DNA of 64,000 bases from Flavobacteriales bacterium (GCA_041745875.1 JBGTIB010000109.1:1976-65975), one strand, 5' to 3'. Shown: positions 19,332 to 29,395, numbered from the stretch's first letter. Notes: generated from the letters alone by a model not told the origin. Translations and numbers: made by a program.

Positions 19332-19802
19332 ATGCGTTGTCCGTTGGTTGTATGGAGCATGATGTGCAGTTCTTTCGTATGGACACAGGAGAGCGTGCCT
19401 GCGTTGCGTGGTTCTTCGGATGCGGGGCAGCGTGTCTTCGAGCAACGCATCGCGCGGCCAGTTCCCGGGCAGGACACCACGGTAATGGATGTAGCTGATG
19501 TGGCGACGGCCCCCACATTCCCGGGCGGCGAAACAGCTTTGTTCGAGCGATTGGCAAGTGCACCAAGCTGCCTTCCGGAGAATGACCACGATTGCATTCG
19601 GACCAGCGAGGTGGAAGTGTCCTTCGTGGTGGAACGAAATGGCAAGGTTACCCGGCCGCACATCGAGAACGGCGGATGTCCGGCGCTGGAGCGATACGCG
19701 CTCTGTGCCGTGTTGGGATTGCCGGCGTTCACTGCAGGACTGTACAATGACAGGACGGTACGAACAAGGATGCGTATACCCTTGCGCTACGCGCAGCAGT
19801 GA
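19332..19802 (+). CDS. small secreted TonB C-terminal (TonB_C) domain protein
   Basis: TAPTFPGGETALFERL...EVEVSFVVERNGKVTRPHIENGGCPALERYALCAV...RMRIPLRY resembles the TonB_C fold seen in ORFs 21392 and 35607. Confidence 0.65.
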   Translation: MRCPLVVWSMMCSSFVWTQESVPALRGSSDAGQRVFEQRIARPVPGQDTTVMDVADVATAPTFPGGETALFERLASAPSCLPENDHDCIRTSEVEVSFVVERNGKVTRPHIENGGCPALERYALCAVLGLPAFTAGLYNDRTVRTRMRIPLRYAQQ

Positions 19803-19832
19803 TCATGGTTCACGATCGCCTGAGCTGATCGT

Positions 19833-21332
19833 TCACAGCAGCTTGCCGTGCACGAATCCGGTGAATTCCAACTGCCTCTTGAGCGCCCGCCCATCCGGGA
19901 ACACCGGTTGCTCCCTGAACGCCATCGCCACCACAACGACGTAGCGGTCGTCGGGTATGGTGTCGTTCTCACGGTGCGGTCGGATCAGCAGCGCATTGTC
20001 CTCGGCTCCATCGAAGGGAATGGGGCGTTCGGGACGGAAGAGGTACCAGTCGTTGTCGTCGTCCATCAACACCCGCTGGGTCAGGCGCCCTTCCAAAGGC
20101 AGGGAGCCATGGAGGGCCATGAAGTGGCGTGTGTCGGAGCGGTTCTCCGGCATCCGTAAGAGCAGGGTGCGGCCGGTAAGGTCCTCCCCCCAATGGATCA
20201 CCGGCAACAGAATGCGCCACAGTCCGCCTTTGGGCCGCAAGGGTGCGACGTATCCGGGCAGGAACCGGAAGCTGCTGAAGCTCACCGCGAGGAACAGGAG
20301 CATGGCGGCCATGTTGGGACCCTGGAATGCAAGCAGATCATCGGCACTCTCCACGCCTTGGATCAGGAACTTCAACACATAGGTGAACAGGAAGATGGCG
20401 AGTAGCGCATTGATGATCCTGTACCTGAACATGGTCGGCTGTGGGCGCATCAACTCCTGGTAATTCGGAGAGAGGTTCACCAGATTGTTCTTCATCACCA
20501 CCCAGGCATGCATGCTTCCCAGGAAGAACAGGAGTGTGAGCACGTAGGGGCGGCCCGGGGAAAGCAGCCAGTAGTTGTAAAAGCCGTGGGCAATGGCCGC
20601 CAATAACAGTCCTCCCGCCCCGTACAACAACATCGATCGCCCTGATCGTTGCGCCATCGCCAGGCAATACGCGATGATGGAGGTGAAGAACATGTGTGCC
20701 ACGCTGGCGTACAGAACACGGCCTCCGACCGCGTACAGGTCCGTGCGCAACAGGTACAGGGTATTCTCCACGAACGCGAAGCCCAAGGCACTGATGCTGC
20801 CATAGAGGATCAGGTCGAACGGTTCATCGACCTGCCGGGTGAAGCGGATGATCAAGACCAGGGGCAGGAGCTTCACACTTTCTTCCACCAGTCCGATGGC
20901 GATCACCGAATACCACCAGTCGTTCCAATGGTCGCCGTCCAACCGCAGGTCGAGGGTCGGTACCACCAGGTCTGTGAGCGGGTAGGTGAGGAAGGTGCAA
21001 GCGCTGGCCACCAGGAACACGGCGACCTCCCATCCCCGCGATTCGCGTTCAAAGGGATCGAGCCAGGTGAGGTACCGGTACCACGTATAGGAGATGAGGA
21101 ATGAGATCAGGGCACAGATGCCCAGGGCCATGTTCTTGTCGATCGGCACGCTGGCCCCAAGACCACTTGTTCTCACGAACACCGTGGGTACCACCAACAA
21201 CAGGAGGAAAATGATGCCGGCGCGTTTGATGGGCGAGTGTAATGCACCCACAGGCTTCAGCCGATCCACGATCCTGATGTCGCGACGCAGCTGCACCAGC
21301 ACCAGGATGATAAGGGCGAGCAGGAACAGCAT
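19833..21332 (-). CDS. PrsW family intramembrane metalloprotease with an extra ~165-aa C-terminal soluble domain
   Basis: Multi-TM core with PrsW motifs VEESVKLLP, LGFAFVENTLY and AIAHGFYNY. I prefer ATG 21332 (MLFLLALIILVLV). The C-terminal region from about FRFLPGYVAPL onward is not hydrophobic, and I do not recognise it. Confidence 0.75.
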   Translation of the reverse strand: MLFLLALIILVLVQLRRDIRIVDRLKPVGALHSPIKRAGIIFLLLLVVPTVFVRTSGLGASVPIDKNMALGICALISFLISYTWYRYLTWLDPFERESRGWEVAVFLVASACTFLTYPLTDLVVPTLDLRLDGDHWNDWWYSVIAIGLVEESVKLLPLVLIIRFTRQVDEPFDLILYGSISALGFAFVENTLYLLRTDLYAVGGRVLYASVAHMFFTSIIAYCLAMAQRSGRSMLLYGAGGLLLAAIAHGFYNYWLLSPGRPYVLTLLFFLGSMHAWVVMKNNLVNLSPNYQELMRPQPTMFRYRIINALLAIFLFTYVLKFLIQGVESADDLLAFQGPNMAAMLLFLAVSFSSFRFLPGYVAPLRPKGGLWRILLPVIHWGEDLTGRTLLLRMPENRSDTRHFMALHGSLPLEGRLTQRVLMDDDNDWYLFRPERPIPFDGAEDNALLIRPHRENDTIPDDRYVVVVAMAFREQPVFPDGRALKRQLEFTGFVHGKLL

Positions 21333-21391
21333 GCGCGGCTGAAGATATGTGATGCGGATGACCCACCTTTGGCTGGAACAAGCCCTGCCCG

Positions 21392-21883
21392 ATGCTCGCA
21401 CCACGCACCCTTCGCTCCATCGTGTTCTTTCTGACATGCTGGTACCTACCACTGCTGAACGCGCAGGTGGAGATCCTGGAGGAGGAGGTGATCCCACCAG
21501 CGAAGACCGAGGTGGACATCAGTAAGTTCGACGAAGACCGGGATGCGTTCACGATCGTGGAAGTAATGCCGCAATTCCCCGGCGGTGAGACTGAAATGTT
21601 CAAGTTCCTGGCGGCCACGATCACATACCCGAGGGCGGCTCTGGATGCCGGGATATCGGGTGTTGTGTATGTCACCTACGTGGTGGAAAAGGATGGGTCC
21701 ATCGGTGAGGAGCGTATCATCCGTGGGATCGGTGGGGGGTGTGATGAGGAATCCTTGCGCGTGGTGCGATCCATGCCCAATTGGAAACCGGGCATTCAGC
21801 GCGGTAAGGCGGTGCGCGTGCAGTACAACCTGCCCATCCGCTACACTCTGCGGGAACCTCAGAAGAAGACCAAGGCCCGCTGA
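21392..21883 (+). CDS. small secreted TonB C-terminal (TonB_C) domain protein
   Basis: FTIVEVMPQFPGGETEMFKFLAATITYPRAALDAGISGVVYVTYVVEKDGSI...GGGCDEESLRVVRSMPNWKPGIQRGKAVRVQYNLPIRY. Confidence 0.8.
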   Translation: MLAPRTLRSIVFFLTCWYLPLLNAQVEILEEEVIPPAKTEVDISKFDEDRDAFTIVEVMPQFPGGETEMFKFLAATITYPRAALDAGISGVVYVTYVVEKDGSIGEERIIRGIGGGCDEESLRVVRSMPNWKPGIQRGKAVRVQYNLPIRYTLREPQKKTKAR

Positions 21884-21908
21884 ACCCATCGGGATGGACC
21901 GTCCAAAT

Positions 21909-21940
21909 GCACAAGGCCCGGCATGATCCGGGCCTTGTGC
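21909..21940. terminator. bidirectional hairpin terminator between convergent genes
   Basis: Perfect 13-bp stem GCACAAGGCCCGG (21909-21921) / CCGGGCCTTGTGC (21928-21940) with a 6-nt loop. It sits between the 3' ends of ORFs 21392..21883 (+) and 21981..22685 (-). Confidence 0.7.
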
Positions 21941-21980
21941 ACTTCAACCCCTAAGAACCCCGGGGCCGGGTGATGGTACT

Positions 21981-22685
21981 TCAGTGAACGCCTTCCTTCC
22001 TTTCTTTGATCGACTCGCGCCCTGCAGGGCCGGGACCATCGCGCTTGCCGTCGCGTTCGCCCTTTTTCTCAGCGTGGATGGCCTTCATACGCTCCTTTTG
22101 TTCAGGTGTCAACACCGCTGCAATGGCGCTGCGCTTCGAGGTACGCACTTCATCCATGGCGGCCTTCCGGCGTTTCTCATCCTCGATCGCCTTCACCCGC
22201 TGCATCTTCTGCATGTGCTCCAACTCGATGGTCTGGATGGCGGTGGCCTGATCGGCACTGAGCCCCAACTCCTTCGTCAAACGTTCGCTGCGCTCCTGGG
22301 CGCGCGCCTTCGGATCCTTGTATTTGTCACTACGCTCTGCGCGGAGGGCTGCGGCTTTGGCTTGCTGCTCCGGAGTGAGCACTGCTGTGATGGCCGCTTT
22401 TTGCGAGTTGTGCACCTCCTTCATGGCAGCCTTGCGCTGGGCTTCGTCGCCGGTGGCCTTCAAGCTTTGCACCTTCTCCATGTGCTCCAGGTTGATGGCA
22501 CGGATCTTCCCGGCCTGTTCGTCACTGAGCCCAAGCTCGGTGGTCATACGTTGGGTCTGTGCTTCAGCGCGCGCCTTGGGATCCTTGTTCATTCGTTCCT
22601 TGCCTTCCTGGCCGAAAGACAGGGGTGCCACAAGGACCGTTCCTGCCAGCAGCAGCATCCTCATCTTGTTCTTCAGGGTGATCAT
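21981..22685 (-). CDS. secreted LTXXQ-motif (Spy/CpxP-like) helical protein with an internal tandem duplication
   Basis: Signal peptide, then two ~90-aa repeats: KDPKARAEAQTQRMTTELGLSDEQAGKIRAINLEHMEKVQ...AVLTPEQQAK and KDPKARAQERSERLTKELGLSADQATAIQTIELEHMQKMQ...AVLTPEQKER. Confidence 0.7.
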   Translation of the reverse strand: MITLKNKMRMLLLAGTVLVAPLSFGQEGKERMNKDPKARAEAQTQRMTTELGLSDEQAGKIRAINLEHMEKVQSLKATGDEAQRKAAMKEVHNSQKAAITAVLTPEQQAKAAALRAERSDKYKDPKARAQERSERLTKELGLSADQATAIQTIELEHMQKMQRVKAIEDEKRRKAAMDEVRTSKRSAIAAVLTPEQKERMKAIHAEKKGERDGKRDGPGPAGRESIKERKEGVH

Positions 22686-22874
22686 GGCTTTTTGGTTTTG
22701 TGAAAGGTATGATGCACGAACAGGGCCAAGGTTCGATCCGCAGGTGGGACGTGGGTGTTAACAACTGTGAATGCTGTCGGAGCTATCCTTGTGCGTCTTG
22801 ACGGGCATAGTGATCATTCGTTGCCGTGGTGTTCTCTGGGCGCTCCGATCGTGTAGTCCGGCGACCGATCCGAT

Positions 22875-24569
22875 TCAATTCCTTTTGTCCATCGCCTCCT
22901 CCACCTCCCGGACGCGCTCCAACGTGTGGAATTCCTCGGGGGGCAGGATGATCTCCGCTACGCCCAGCACCAGGTCATGGCTGCTGCCGGCAACAGCCCT
23001 GTTCACCAGTAGTGCCGTGCTCAGGTCCATATTTTTCAGCATTCCCTCCCTGGCAGCCTGGTTCACCTCCCGCATGCCCTGCTCGTCGTCGTTCGCCACC
23101 TGTCGCAACAGGGAGGCAAGTTCAGCCACCGGGTCCTTCACCACATCGCCATCGAGGAGTTTCCCGATGCGCATGTGGGTAGCGATCATGCGTTTGCGCA
23201 GCAAGCGGTGGAAACGTTCCAGGAACGCACTGGAATCTTCGAAGCCATCCATGTTGCTCTTCACGTCCTTCAGGTTCTTCGCTGCATAGAGTGCAAGACG
23301 TGCGGCATGTACCGCCCTGTTCAACGCGTGTGATTCGGCCTCGCTCAATTCATGCTTCTCCACTTGCGTAACGAAGGTGATGATCTCCGCCTGCAACAGC
23401 TTCAGGTCGATGTACTGCTCCTGGTAAGTGTCGTATTGGTCGCGCTTCATCAGCAAAGCGCCATCAGGCATTACCAGCCGGGCCTCGATCTGCAGCAGGT
23501 CCAGATGGAAGGCAAGCGTTTCCAGCAGCAACTGGCGCACCTCGTTGTGTACGCTGGTCACTGCGGCCTCCGCCACCTCGGGTGCGGTTTGTCCGATGAA
23601 TCGCGTGCGTTGCTCCACCTTCTCGGGCACGAATTTCTCCACCAACACAGCGAAACGGGCCACGAAAGGCAGGAAGGCCAGCACGCCGACCAGATTGAAC
23701 AGGGTGTGGAAGAGTGCAAGGCCCAATATGGGGTCGAATCCATCGCCCAAGACCCATGATACGATCTGCAGGTAAACGGAGAGACCTGCAGTGGCCACTG
23801 TGGCAGCGAACACATTGAAGGAAAGATGGGACCATGCCAGGCGCTTCTTCACCACGGAGCCACCCAGTGCACCAAGGAACACGGTAACGGTAGTGCCCAC
23901 GTTGCTGCCGATGATGGCAAGAGCTCCTTCGCGGAAATCGAACAAGCCAGCATAAAGTGCGGTGAGCAGGATGGCGACCGTGGCTGAACTGCTCTGCATC
24001 AAGGCGGTGAGCAGGATGCCAAGCAGGACGAACATCCACGGCGCGGCATCCACCAGGAGGGTGGGGTCCAGGTCCTCGGCGAAAGTCGATACACTGTCCT
24101 TCATCTGGTCCAAGCCCAGGAAGAGGAAGCCGAAACCGACCAACAGATGGCTCACCTGGCTGTAGCGCGGCGAGCGCCCCAGGAAGATCAGGATCAAACC
24201 GCCGATGCCGATGAAGGGCAGTGCCAGCTGTTCGATGTCCAGTTTGAAACCGATGGTGGCCACGATCCAACTGGTGGCCGTGGTGCCGATGTTGCTGCCC
24301 AGCACCACGCCTATGCCGCTCTCCAGCGATATGATGCCCGCTCCTACGAAGGCGAGTACCATGAGCGTGACCGCTGAACTGCTCTGCAGCAGGGCCGTGG
24401 CACCGGTGCCTGTGGCGATCGCACGCAAGCGTGTGCTGGTGCCCACGCGCACCAGGCGCTTGAAACCGCGACCGCCCAGTTTGGCGATGCTATCCTCAAT
24501 CAGCCGGATCCCGAAAAGAAAGATCCCCAGCCCGGCAAGGAGCAACCAGATGTCAAGATGTTCCCACAT
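22875..24569 (-). CDS. Na/Pi cotransporter family protein with a C-terminal PhoU-like domain
   Basis: Duplicated Na_Pi_cotrans segments (LLQSSSAVTLMVLAF...GSNIGTTATSW; LMQSSSATVAILLTAL...GSNVGTTVTVF) followed by a helical PhoU-like tail. I prefer ATG 24569 (MWEHLDIW). Confidence 0.85.
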   Translation of the reverse strand: MWEHLDIWLLLAGLGIFLFGIRLIEDSIAKLGGRGFKRLVRVGTSTRLRAIATGTGATALLQSSSAVTLMVLAFVGAGIISLESGIGVVLGSNIGTTATSWIVATIGFKLDIEQLALPFIGIGGLILIFLGRSPRYSQVSHLLVGFGFLFLGLDQMKDSVSTFAEDLDPTLLVDAAPWMFVLLGILLTALMQSSSATVAILLTALYAGLFDFREGALAIIGSNVGTTVTVFLGALGGSVVKKRLAWSHLSFNVFAATVATAGLSVYLQIVSWVLGDGFDPILGLALFHTLFNLVGVLAFLPFVARFAVLVEKFVPEKVEQRTRFIGQTAPEVAEAAVTSVHNEVRQLLLETLAFHLDLLQIEARLVMPDGALLMKRDQYDTYQEQYIDLKLLQAEIITFVTQVEKHELSEAESHALNRAVHAARLALYAAKNLKDVKSNMDGFEDSSAFLERFHRLLRKRMIATHMRIGKLLDGDVVKDPVAELASLLRQVANDDEQGMREVNQAAREGMLKNMDLSTALLVNRAVAGSSHDLVLGVAEIILPPEEFHTLERVREVEEAMDKRN

Positions 24570-24668
24570 GTCCTGAGCCCCCCAATGTAAGGGCGGTTCC
24601 CAGCCGGGCACGCCGGGTCATGGAGGTCAAATGCGGATGGGACTTGTGCCTGTTGTGCGGTGGGTCGC

Positions 24669-25097
24669 CTACTCTGCGGCCCGTTTCTGCTGCATCTCCT
24701 CACGACGCTGCAAGGCCTCCTTCCGATCCGCGGTGCGCAGCTCCTGCATTTTGGTGTACTGCTCAGGCGTCAGCATGAACTTCAGCTCCGCTTCATGCTG
24801 GCGGCGCAGCACCTCGTTCTTGGTCTGGATCTCCTGGCGATCGGTGGTGGTGGAGCGTACCATCTCCAGCGCATCCGTGTACCGTGCATCGATCTCCTTC
24901 ATCTTGGCGGTCTGCTCCTCGTTCAACCCGAGTTCGCCAGCCATTTTCGTGCTGCGCTGCTCCGCCCTGGAAGCTTTTTCAGCACTTCGCTGTTGTTGCA
25001 CCACAGGATCCTGCGTGGGTTTCACAGGTTGCTGTGCATGAACGTCGGTGATGGATGCCAGGGCGAGAATGGCGATGAAGGAGATCGTGGTTTTCAT
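24669..25097 (-). CDS. secreted LTXXQ-motif (Spy/CpxP-like) protein
   Basis: Signal peptide MKTTISFIAILALASITDVHAQ, then ELGLNEEQTAKMKEI and MLTPEQYTKMQEL. Confidence 0.7.
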   Translation of the reverse strand: MKTTISFIAILALASITDVHAQQPVKPTQDPVVQQQRSAEKASRAEQRSTKMAGELGLNEEQTAKMKEIDARYTDALEMVRSTTTDRQEIQTKNEVLRRQHEAELKFMLTPEQYTKMQELRTADRKEALQRREEMQQKRAAE

Positions 25098-25186
25098 GGT
25101 CTCGAAGTTAGAAGTTCGTCCCGAGCTGGCAAGAATTGCTCCAGACGCTATACGAAGCGGTCTTTTCCGCTGGTACCTTCGTCACC

Positions 25187-26359
25187 ATGTCCAACCGCTT
25201 CCTCGATCGCGACCGTATGCCGATGCCGCTGCTGTTGCGCTTGACGGCGGTATTGTTCTTCTGGATCCTGCTCCTTTTCACGCTGATCATCGCGCGGAAC
25301 TTCCTGTATCCGATCGCATTGGGTATCCTCTTCGCCTTGCTACTGCTGCCCGTGGCAAACAAGTTGGAGCGGTGGGGAGTGACAAGGATCATTGCGAACC
25401 TTATCAGTATCGTGTTGGGTATCGGGGTGGTCTATGGCGTCATGGCCTTTCTGTACAAACAGCTCAGTGCATTGGTGCGAGATCTTCCGGGGATCAAGGA
25501 AAATGCCACGGCGAATTTGCGTGGCGTAATGGAGAGCATTGGGTCGAAGGTGGGCATGCGGGTCACGGACGAGACTGAGGCGGAGGTGTTCTCGCGCTTC
25601 GAGGAGTTGCTGAATCTCACCGGTGAATCGGTGTCCGGTGTGATCAATGCGACAGGGAACACCTTGCTCGCCATTGGCCTGATGCCGGTCTACGTATTCA
25701 TGTTCCTCTACTATCGTGGCAAATTCGCACGGTTCATCCTGATGCTGGTTCCTGATAGTGCGCAGGTGGTGGGGCGAACGATCCTGACCAAGGTCTCGCG
25801 GGTTGCGATGGGTTATATGACCGGCATGTTCGCCGTGGTACTGATCCTTTCCGTACTGAACTCGGTGGGCTTCCTCATCATCGGCTTGGAGTATGCCATT
25901 CTGTTGGGTGTGATCGCCGCGCTATGCAATCTGATCCCTTACTTCGGTACCATCATCGGCTATTCCATTCCCTTCGTGTTCGCGTTCCTCACCGGCACTG
26001 GGTCCCAATTGGCGTTCGCGGTGCTGTTCCAATTCATGATCATCCAGTTCTCCGAGAACAACATCATCACCCCCAATATCCTTGGCGGAATGCTGCGGAT
26101 CAACCCATTCTTCATCATTCTCGGGGTACTGGGCGGTGGCATGTTGTGGGGATTGCCCGGCATGTTCATCATTGTGCCGGTACTGGCCATGATCAAAGTG
26201 ACCTGCGACCACATTCCCGAACTGAAGCCGTGGAGCTTCCTGCTCAGCGACAAGGGCACCGAGAAGCATTCGCTCACAGCCCGTAAGATCCGTCGCTTCT
26301 TTGCCTTTTCGCCTGCGGCTCGCCAGGATGTGGATCATGGTGAACGTAATGGACACTAG
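25187..26359 (+). CDS. AI-2E family transporter (PerM/UPF0118)
   Basis: Multi-TM protein with NLIPYFGTIIGYSIPFVFAF, PNILGGMLRINPFFIILGVLGGGMLWGLPGMFIIVPVLA. I prefer ATG 25187, because the listed start at 25136 is TTG. Confidence 0.85.
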   Translation: MSNRFLDRDRMPMPLLLRLTAVLFFWILLLFTLIIARNFLYPIALGILFALLLLPVANKLERWGVTRIIANLISIVLGIGVVYGVMAFLYKQLSALVRDLPGIKENATANLRGVMESIGSKVGMRVTDETEAEVFSRFEELLNLTGESVSGVINATGNTLLAIGLMPVYVFMFLYYRGKFARFILMLVPDSAQVVGRTILTKVSRVAMGYMTGMFAVVLILSVLNSVGFLIIGLEYAILLGVIAALCNLIPYFGTIIGYSIPFVFAFLTGTGSQLAFAVLFQFMIIQFSENNIITPNILGGMLRINPFFIILGVLGGGMLWGLPGMFIIVPVLAMIKVTCDHIPELKPWSFLLSDKGTEKHSLTARKIRRFFAFSPAARQDVDHGERNGH

Positions 26360-26449
26360 AGGCATTCTCACGACCATCCTTCGGGCTGCGTAAGTGCCTC
26401 TGGGCACTATGCCGGAAGAACAAGTTGGGCTTTCAGCGGGAAGACCCCT

Positions 26450-27424
26450 TCACACCTTGGGCATCGGATCGCGACTGTGATAAATGGTCACTCCGTAATG
26501 GTCCAATACCGCTTGGATACGATCGAGCTCATCGACAGGGATCCGGCGCATCCATTTGGCAAGTTGTTCCCTCGGGTCGTGTTTCAGGTCATCGCCATGT
26601 ACGGTGGCACTGCCTTTCCGAACCATGTCCATGACCGCTGTTGGTAGTTCGATGCGGAGTTCCTGTTGGATGCGCGACAATTCCATAACGGGGTCCAGGA
26701 GCAGGTGCTCGTAGAAGACGGTGGTCCATCGGTCCTGGCGTCCAGGGTGCGTGAGCGTAGGTTGATTGGCCATGCACCAATGGGCCACCATCAATTGCAT
26801 GTGCGAGGTGAGTGTCCGCAGATACCCGGTCTCTTCACGCATACGGTCGTTGTAGCGGTCATCAGGCTCATCGATGCGTGGCATGGGACCGTGCATCTTG
26901 AACAGTTGGACCTGCGAATGTGCTGTGGCCATCGGGTGTCGCAGCAAATGGATCGGCTTGTGGCGGAACCTGAACCACCGGGTGAGCCACGGTAACAAGG
27001 CACTGGCGTAGCAGAATTTGATCAACAACCGGTCGGCGTTCCGGTAGTCGGAGACCGATGCTGCGTACATGGTCCATGCGTTCATTCGACGCCCGTTGAG
27101 GATGGCGCGGATGTACCGTTGTACCTCCGGTGCAGGGAGCTGCTCCGGGATGAAGGGCCGCCAGCCCAGGCGGAATTCACGCGGTAGCACTCCGCGTTGT
27201 GGGTGCAGCGGTTCCCAATGGACCGCTGTTCGCGGCAGTGTCGCCAACAGTTCCATCAACCATGTGGTGCCACCTCGGGGCTCACCGCAAATGATCAAAG
27301 GGTCGCTGGCATCGAAGCGCTTGCCGCGCAGGATCAAGCGAGCTTGCAAGAGCCTGATGAATGCACTGAGGCGCGTGCGTGGACGCAGGGTCTCGCGCAG
27401 TCGTTGCCATCCGCGGAGGCTCAT
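26450..27424 (-). CDS. sulfotransferase family protein
   Basis: 5'-PSB-like loop ICGEPRGGTTWLMELL and 3'-PB-like LLRHPMATAHS, in a cytoplasmic 324-aa ORF. Confidence 0.65.
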   Translation of the reverse strand: MSLRGWQRLRETLRPRTRLSAFIRLLQARLILRGKRFDASDPLIICGEPRGGTTWLMELLATLPRTAVHWEPLHPQRGVLPREFRLGWRPFIPEQLPAPEVQRYIRAILNGRRMNAWTMYAASVSDYRNADRLLIKFCYASALLPWLTRWFRFRHKPIHLLRHPMATAHSQVQLFKMHGPMPRIDEPDDRYNDRMREETGYLRTLTSHMQLMVAHWCMANQPTLTHPGRQDRWTTVFYEHLLLDPVMELSRIQQELRIELPTAVMDMVRKGSATVHGDDLKHDPREQLAKWMRRIPVDELDRIQAVLDHYGVTIYHSRDPMPKV

Positions 27425-27708
27425 GATCTTGTGTGATATGGCGCGCTGTTCATGGTCATCTGGGGCGATCGATAGGATGCGCCCATCATCCCAACGGGCT
27501 CGAAAGTAGGCGCGACGCCGATACGTGTCTACGATCCGCCGTGAGGCCGGAGTTCACCGATCGGGGTGCGGCTTGGACGATCGCCATCATGCGGCTCGTT
27601 CACACTTGGCTGCCGGAAGCCATTGCCACTGCCGATCCCCAAGCTGTTTGCTCCATACGGCATGGTGCATGATGCAATGCGGCGTGAACCCTAAACCCCC
27701 AACAAGTC

Positions 27709-28074
27709 ATGAGAACGATATTGATGTCGATCGCTGCCGCTCTGTTCATCTCGGCCCCGGTCATGGCCAGCAATGCGACCACCAGCGATCACGACCACGA
27801 TAGCCGCCACCGCTGCATCATGTTCGGTGCTGAGAAATGGCAGAAACTGGGTCTCAGCGACGAACAAATGAGCCGTGTGAAGGAGATCCAAGCTTCTTGC
27901 GAAGCCGACTACAAGGCTGCCAAGGAAGAAGGCGGTGAAGCTGAAGCCTCCGTGGCCAAGCATGAGGAAAGCCTGCGCTCCGTGCTCACACCGGAACAAT
28001 ACACGAAATGGTCGGAATGGTGTGCCAATAAGGAGCACAAGTCCGGCATGGACAAAGGCAAGACCGTACAGTAA
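27709..28074 (+). CDS. small secreted Cys-containing LTPEQ-motif protein (paralog of 30684..31028)
   Basis: Signal peptide MRTILMSIAAALFISAPVMA, then RCIMFGAEKWQKLGLSDEQMSRVKEIQASC...LRSVLTPEQYTKWSEWCANK. Confidence 0.65.
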   Translation: MRTILMSIAAALFISAPVMASNATTSDHDHDSRHRCIMFGAEKWQKLGLSDEQMSRVKEIQASCEADYKAAKEEGGEAEASVAKHEESLRSVLTPEQYTKWSEWCANKEHKSGMDKGKTVQ

Positions 28075-28280
28075 GGTTAGGTTACGGACCACTGGGTCAG
28101 TTCCCCCTATCCTATTGGGGTGGAAATTGCCCGACCGTGGAATATATTCACGTCGGAAAATTGGAATGCGACGTTGAGAATAGCGTTGAAGTGCTAGGCG
28201 ATCGACGCAATCCGGGACGACGGAGATCAATGGCATGGATACTGCACCATGGATTCCGAACCCAATAAGCATACATCACC

Positions 28281-28571
28281 ATGGATAAGAAAAGCACTCT
28301 CGCACTGACCGTTGTTGCACTGGCCGCCGGTGCTGCACTCGGTATCCTCTTCGCACCTGACGCTGGTAAGGCCACGCGTGGAAACATCGCACGCAAGGGT
28401 CGTGAATTGAAGGATAAGCTCAACGATATGATATCAGAAGGTACGGACCTGTTGGGTCAATTGAAGTCCGAGGCAGGGACTGCGGCAAGTGAGGCCCGGA
28501 ACGCCGGCAAAACGGCTGCTGACCAGCTCTCCAGAGCTGCACGTGAAGCTGCCTCATCGGCCAAGTCGTAA
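28281..28571 (+). CDS. YtxH domain-containing protein (general-stress type)
   Basis: N-terminal TM ALTVVALAAGAALGILFAPDAGKATRG, followed by a low-complexity helical tail, as in YtxH. Confidence 0.8.
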   Translation: MDKKSTLALTVVALAAGAALGILFAPDAGKATRGNIARKGRELKDKLNDMISEGTDLLGQLKSEAGTAASEARNAGKTAADQLSRAAREAASSAKS

Positions 28572-28601
28572 CCTCGCTCAGGTACGACCACAGTGGCACG
28601 G

Positions 28602-28635
28602 CGCCTCCGAGGGATCGGAGGCGTTTTGCTTTTTC
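28602..28635 (+). terminator. intrinsic terminator after the YtxH gene
   Basis: Stem CGCCTCCGA (28602-28610) / TCGGAGGCG (28615-28623), loop GGGA, followed by TTTTGCTTTTTC. Confidence 0.8.
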
Positions 28636-29395
28636 AGTGGCTCGCAACCGCCAAGAGGAACTCCTTCAGAAGTGTGTTGAAGGCCGCGGGTGCCTCCACA
28701 TTCGTCAAGTGTCCAGCACCTGGCAGGATCGCCAGGCGTGCGCCGGGAATGGATCCGACCAGGGCTTGACTGGTGGGCAAGGGCATCAGGGCATCGTCAC
28801 TGCCGGTGATCACCAGTGTGGGAACCTCAATGGTAGGCAACATACCCGTGCGATCCGGTCGTTGGGCCATACCCAACGATGCTGCAGCGACCGCGGCAGG
28901 GTGCTGCCGGGCGATCATCGCGGAAATACGTACCTGGAGCTGGGGATCCCTTTTTCGGCTTGCTGCGGAAAGCACCTTGGGTACGGTGGCCCTTGCCAAC
29001 AACTCCATTCCCTTTTCATGAGCATCGCGGGCCGTGTGCTCACGGCCTGCACGTGCCTTCGCATCATCGGCGTTGGCCTTCGTATTGGCGAGGATCAAGC
29101 CTTGCACCCGGTCAGGCCAGTGCTGTAGGAATGCCAGGGCGATATATCCACCCATGCTCAGTCCGCACAGGACCACCTTCTTCACACCGGCAATGTCCAA
29201 CAGGACCTTCAAGTCCTTCGCGAAGTCATCCATGGTGATCACATCGCGCACCGTGCTCGTATCGTTGCCGAATCCACACAGGTCGGGTGCCACTACATGC
29301 GCTACATCGCTTAAGCCATGGACTTGCTCATCCCACAACGTACGGTCCAATGGAAATCCATGGATCAGGAGCAGGGTCGGCTTCTTGTTCGGCAT
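28634..29395 (-). CDS. alpha/beta hydrolase (haloalkane dehalogenase/esterase-like fold)
   Basis: LLLIHGFPLDRTLW, nucleophile elbow LCGLSMGGYIA, and the late PGAGHLTNVE motif. Confidence 0.85.
   Translation of the reverse strand: MPNKKPTLLLIHGFPLDRTLWDEQVHGLSDVAHVVAPDLCGFGNDTSTVRDVITMDDFAKDLKVLLDIAGVKKVVLCGLSMGGYIALAFLQHWPDRVQGLILANTKANADDAKARAGREHTARDAHEKGMELLARATVPKVLSAASRKRDPQLQVRISAMIARQHPAAVAAASLGMAQRPDRTGMLPTIEVPTLVITGSDDALMPLPTSQALVGSIPGARLAILPGAGHLTNVEAPAAFNTLLKEFLLAVASH

Noticed and set aside
22730-22739. GGTTCGATCC, a tRNA T-arm-like decamer in the spacer upstream of ORF 21981..22685.
   Set aside because: The flanking bases do not pair into a T stem (CCAAG versus GCAGG). No acceptor or anticodon arms can be drawn, so this is not a tRNA.
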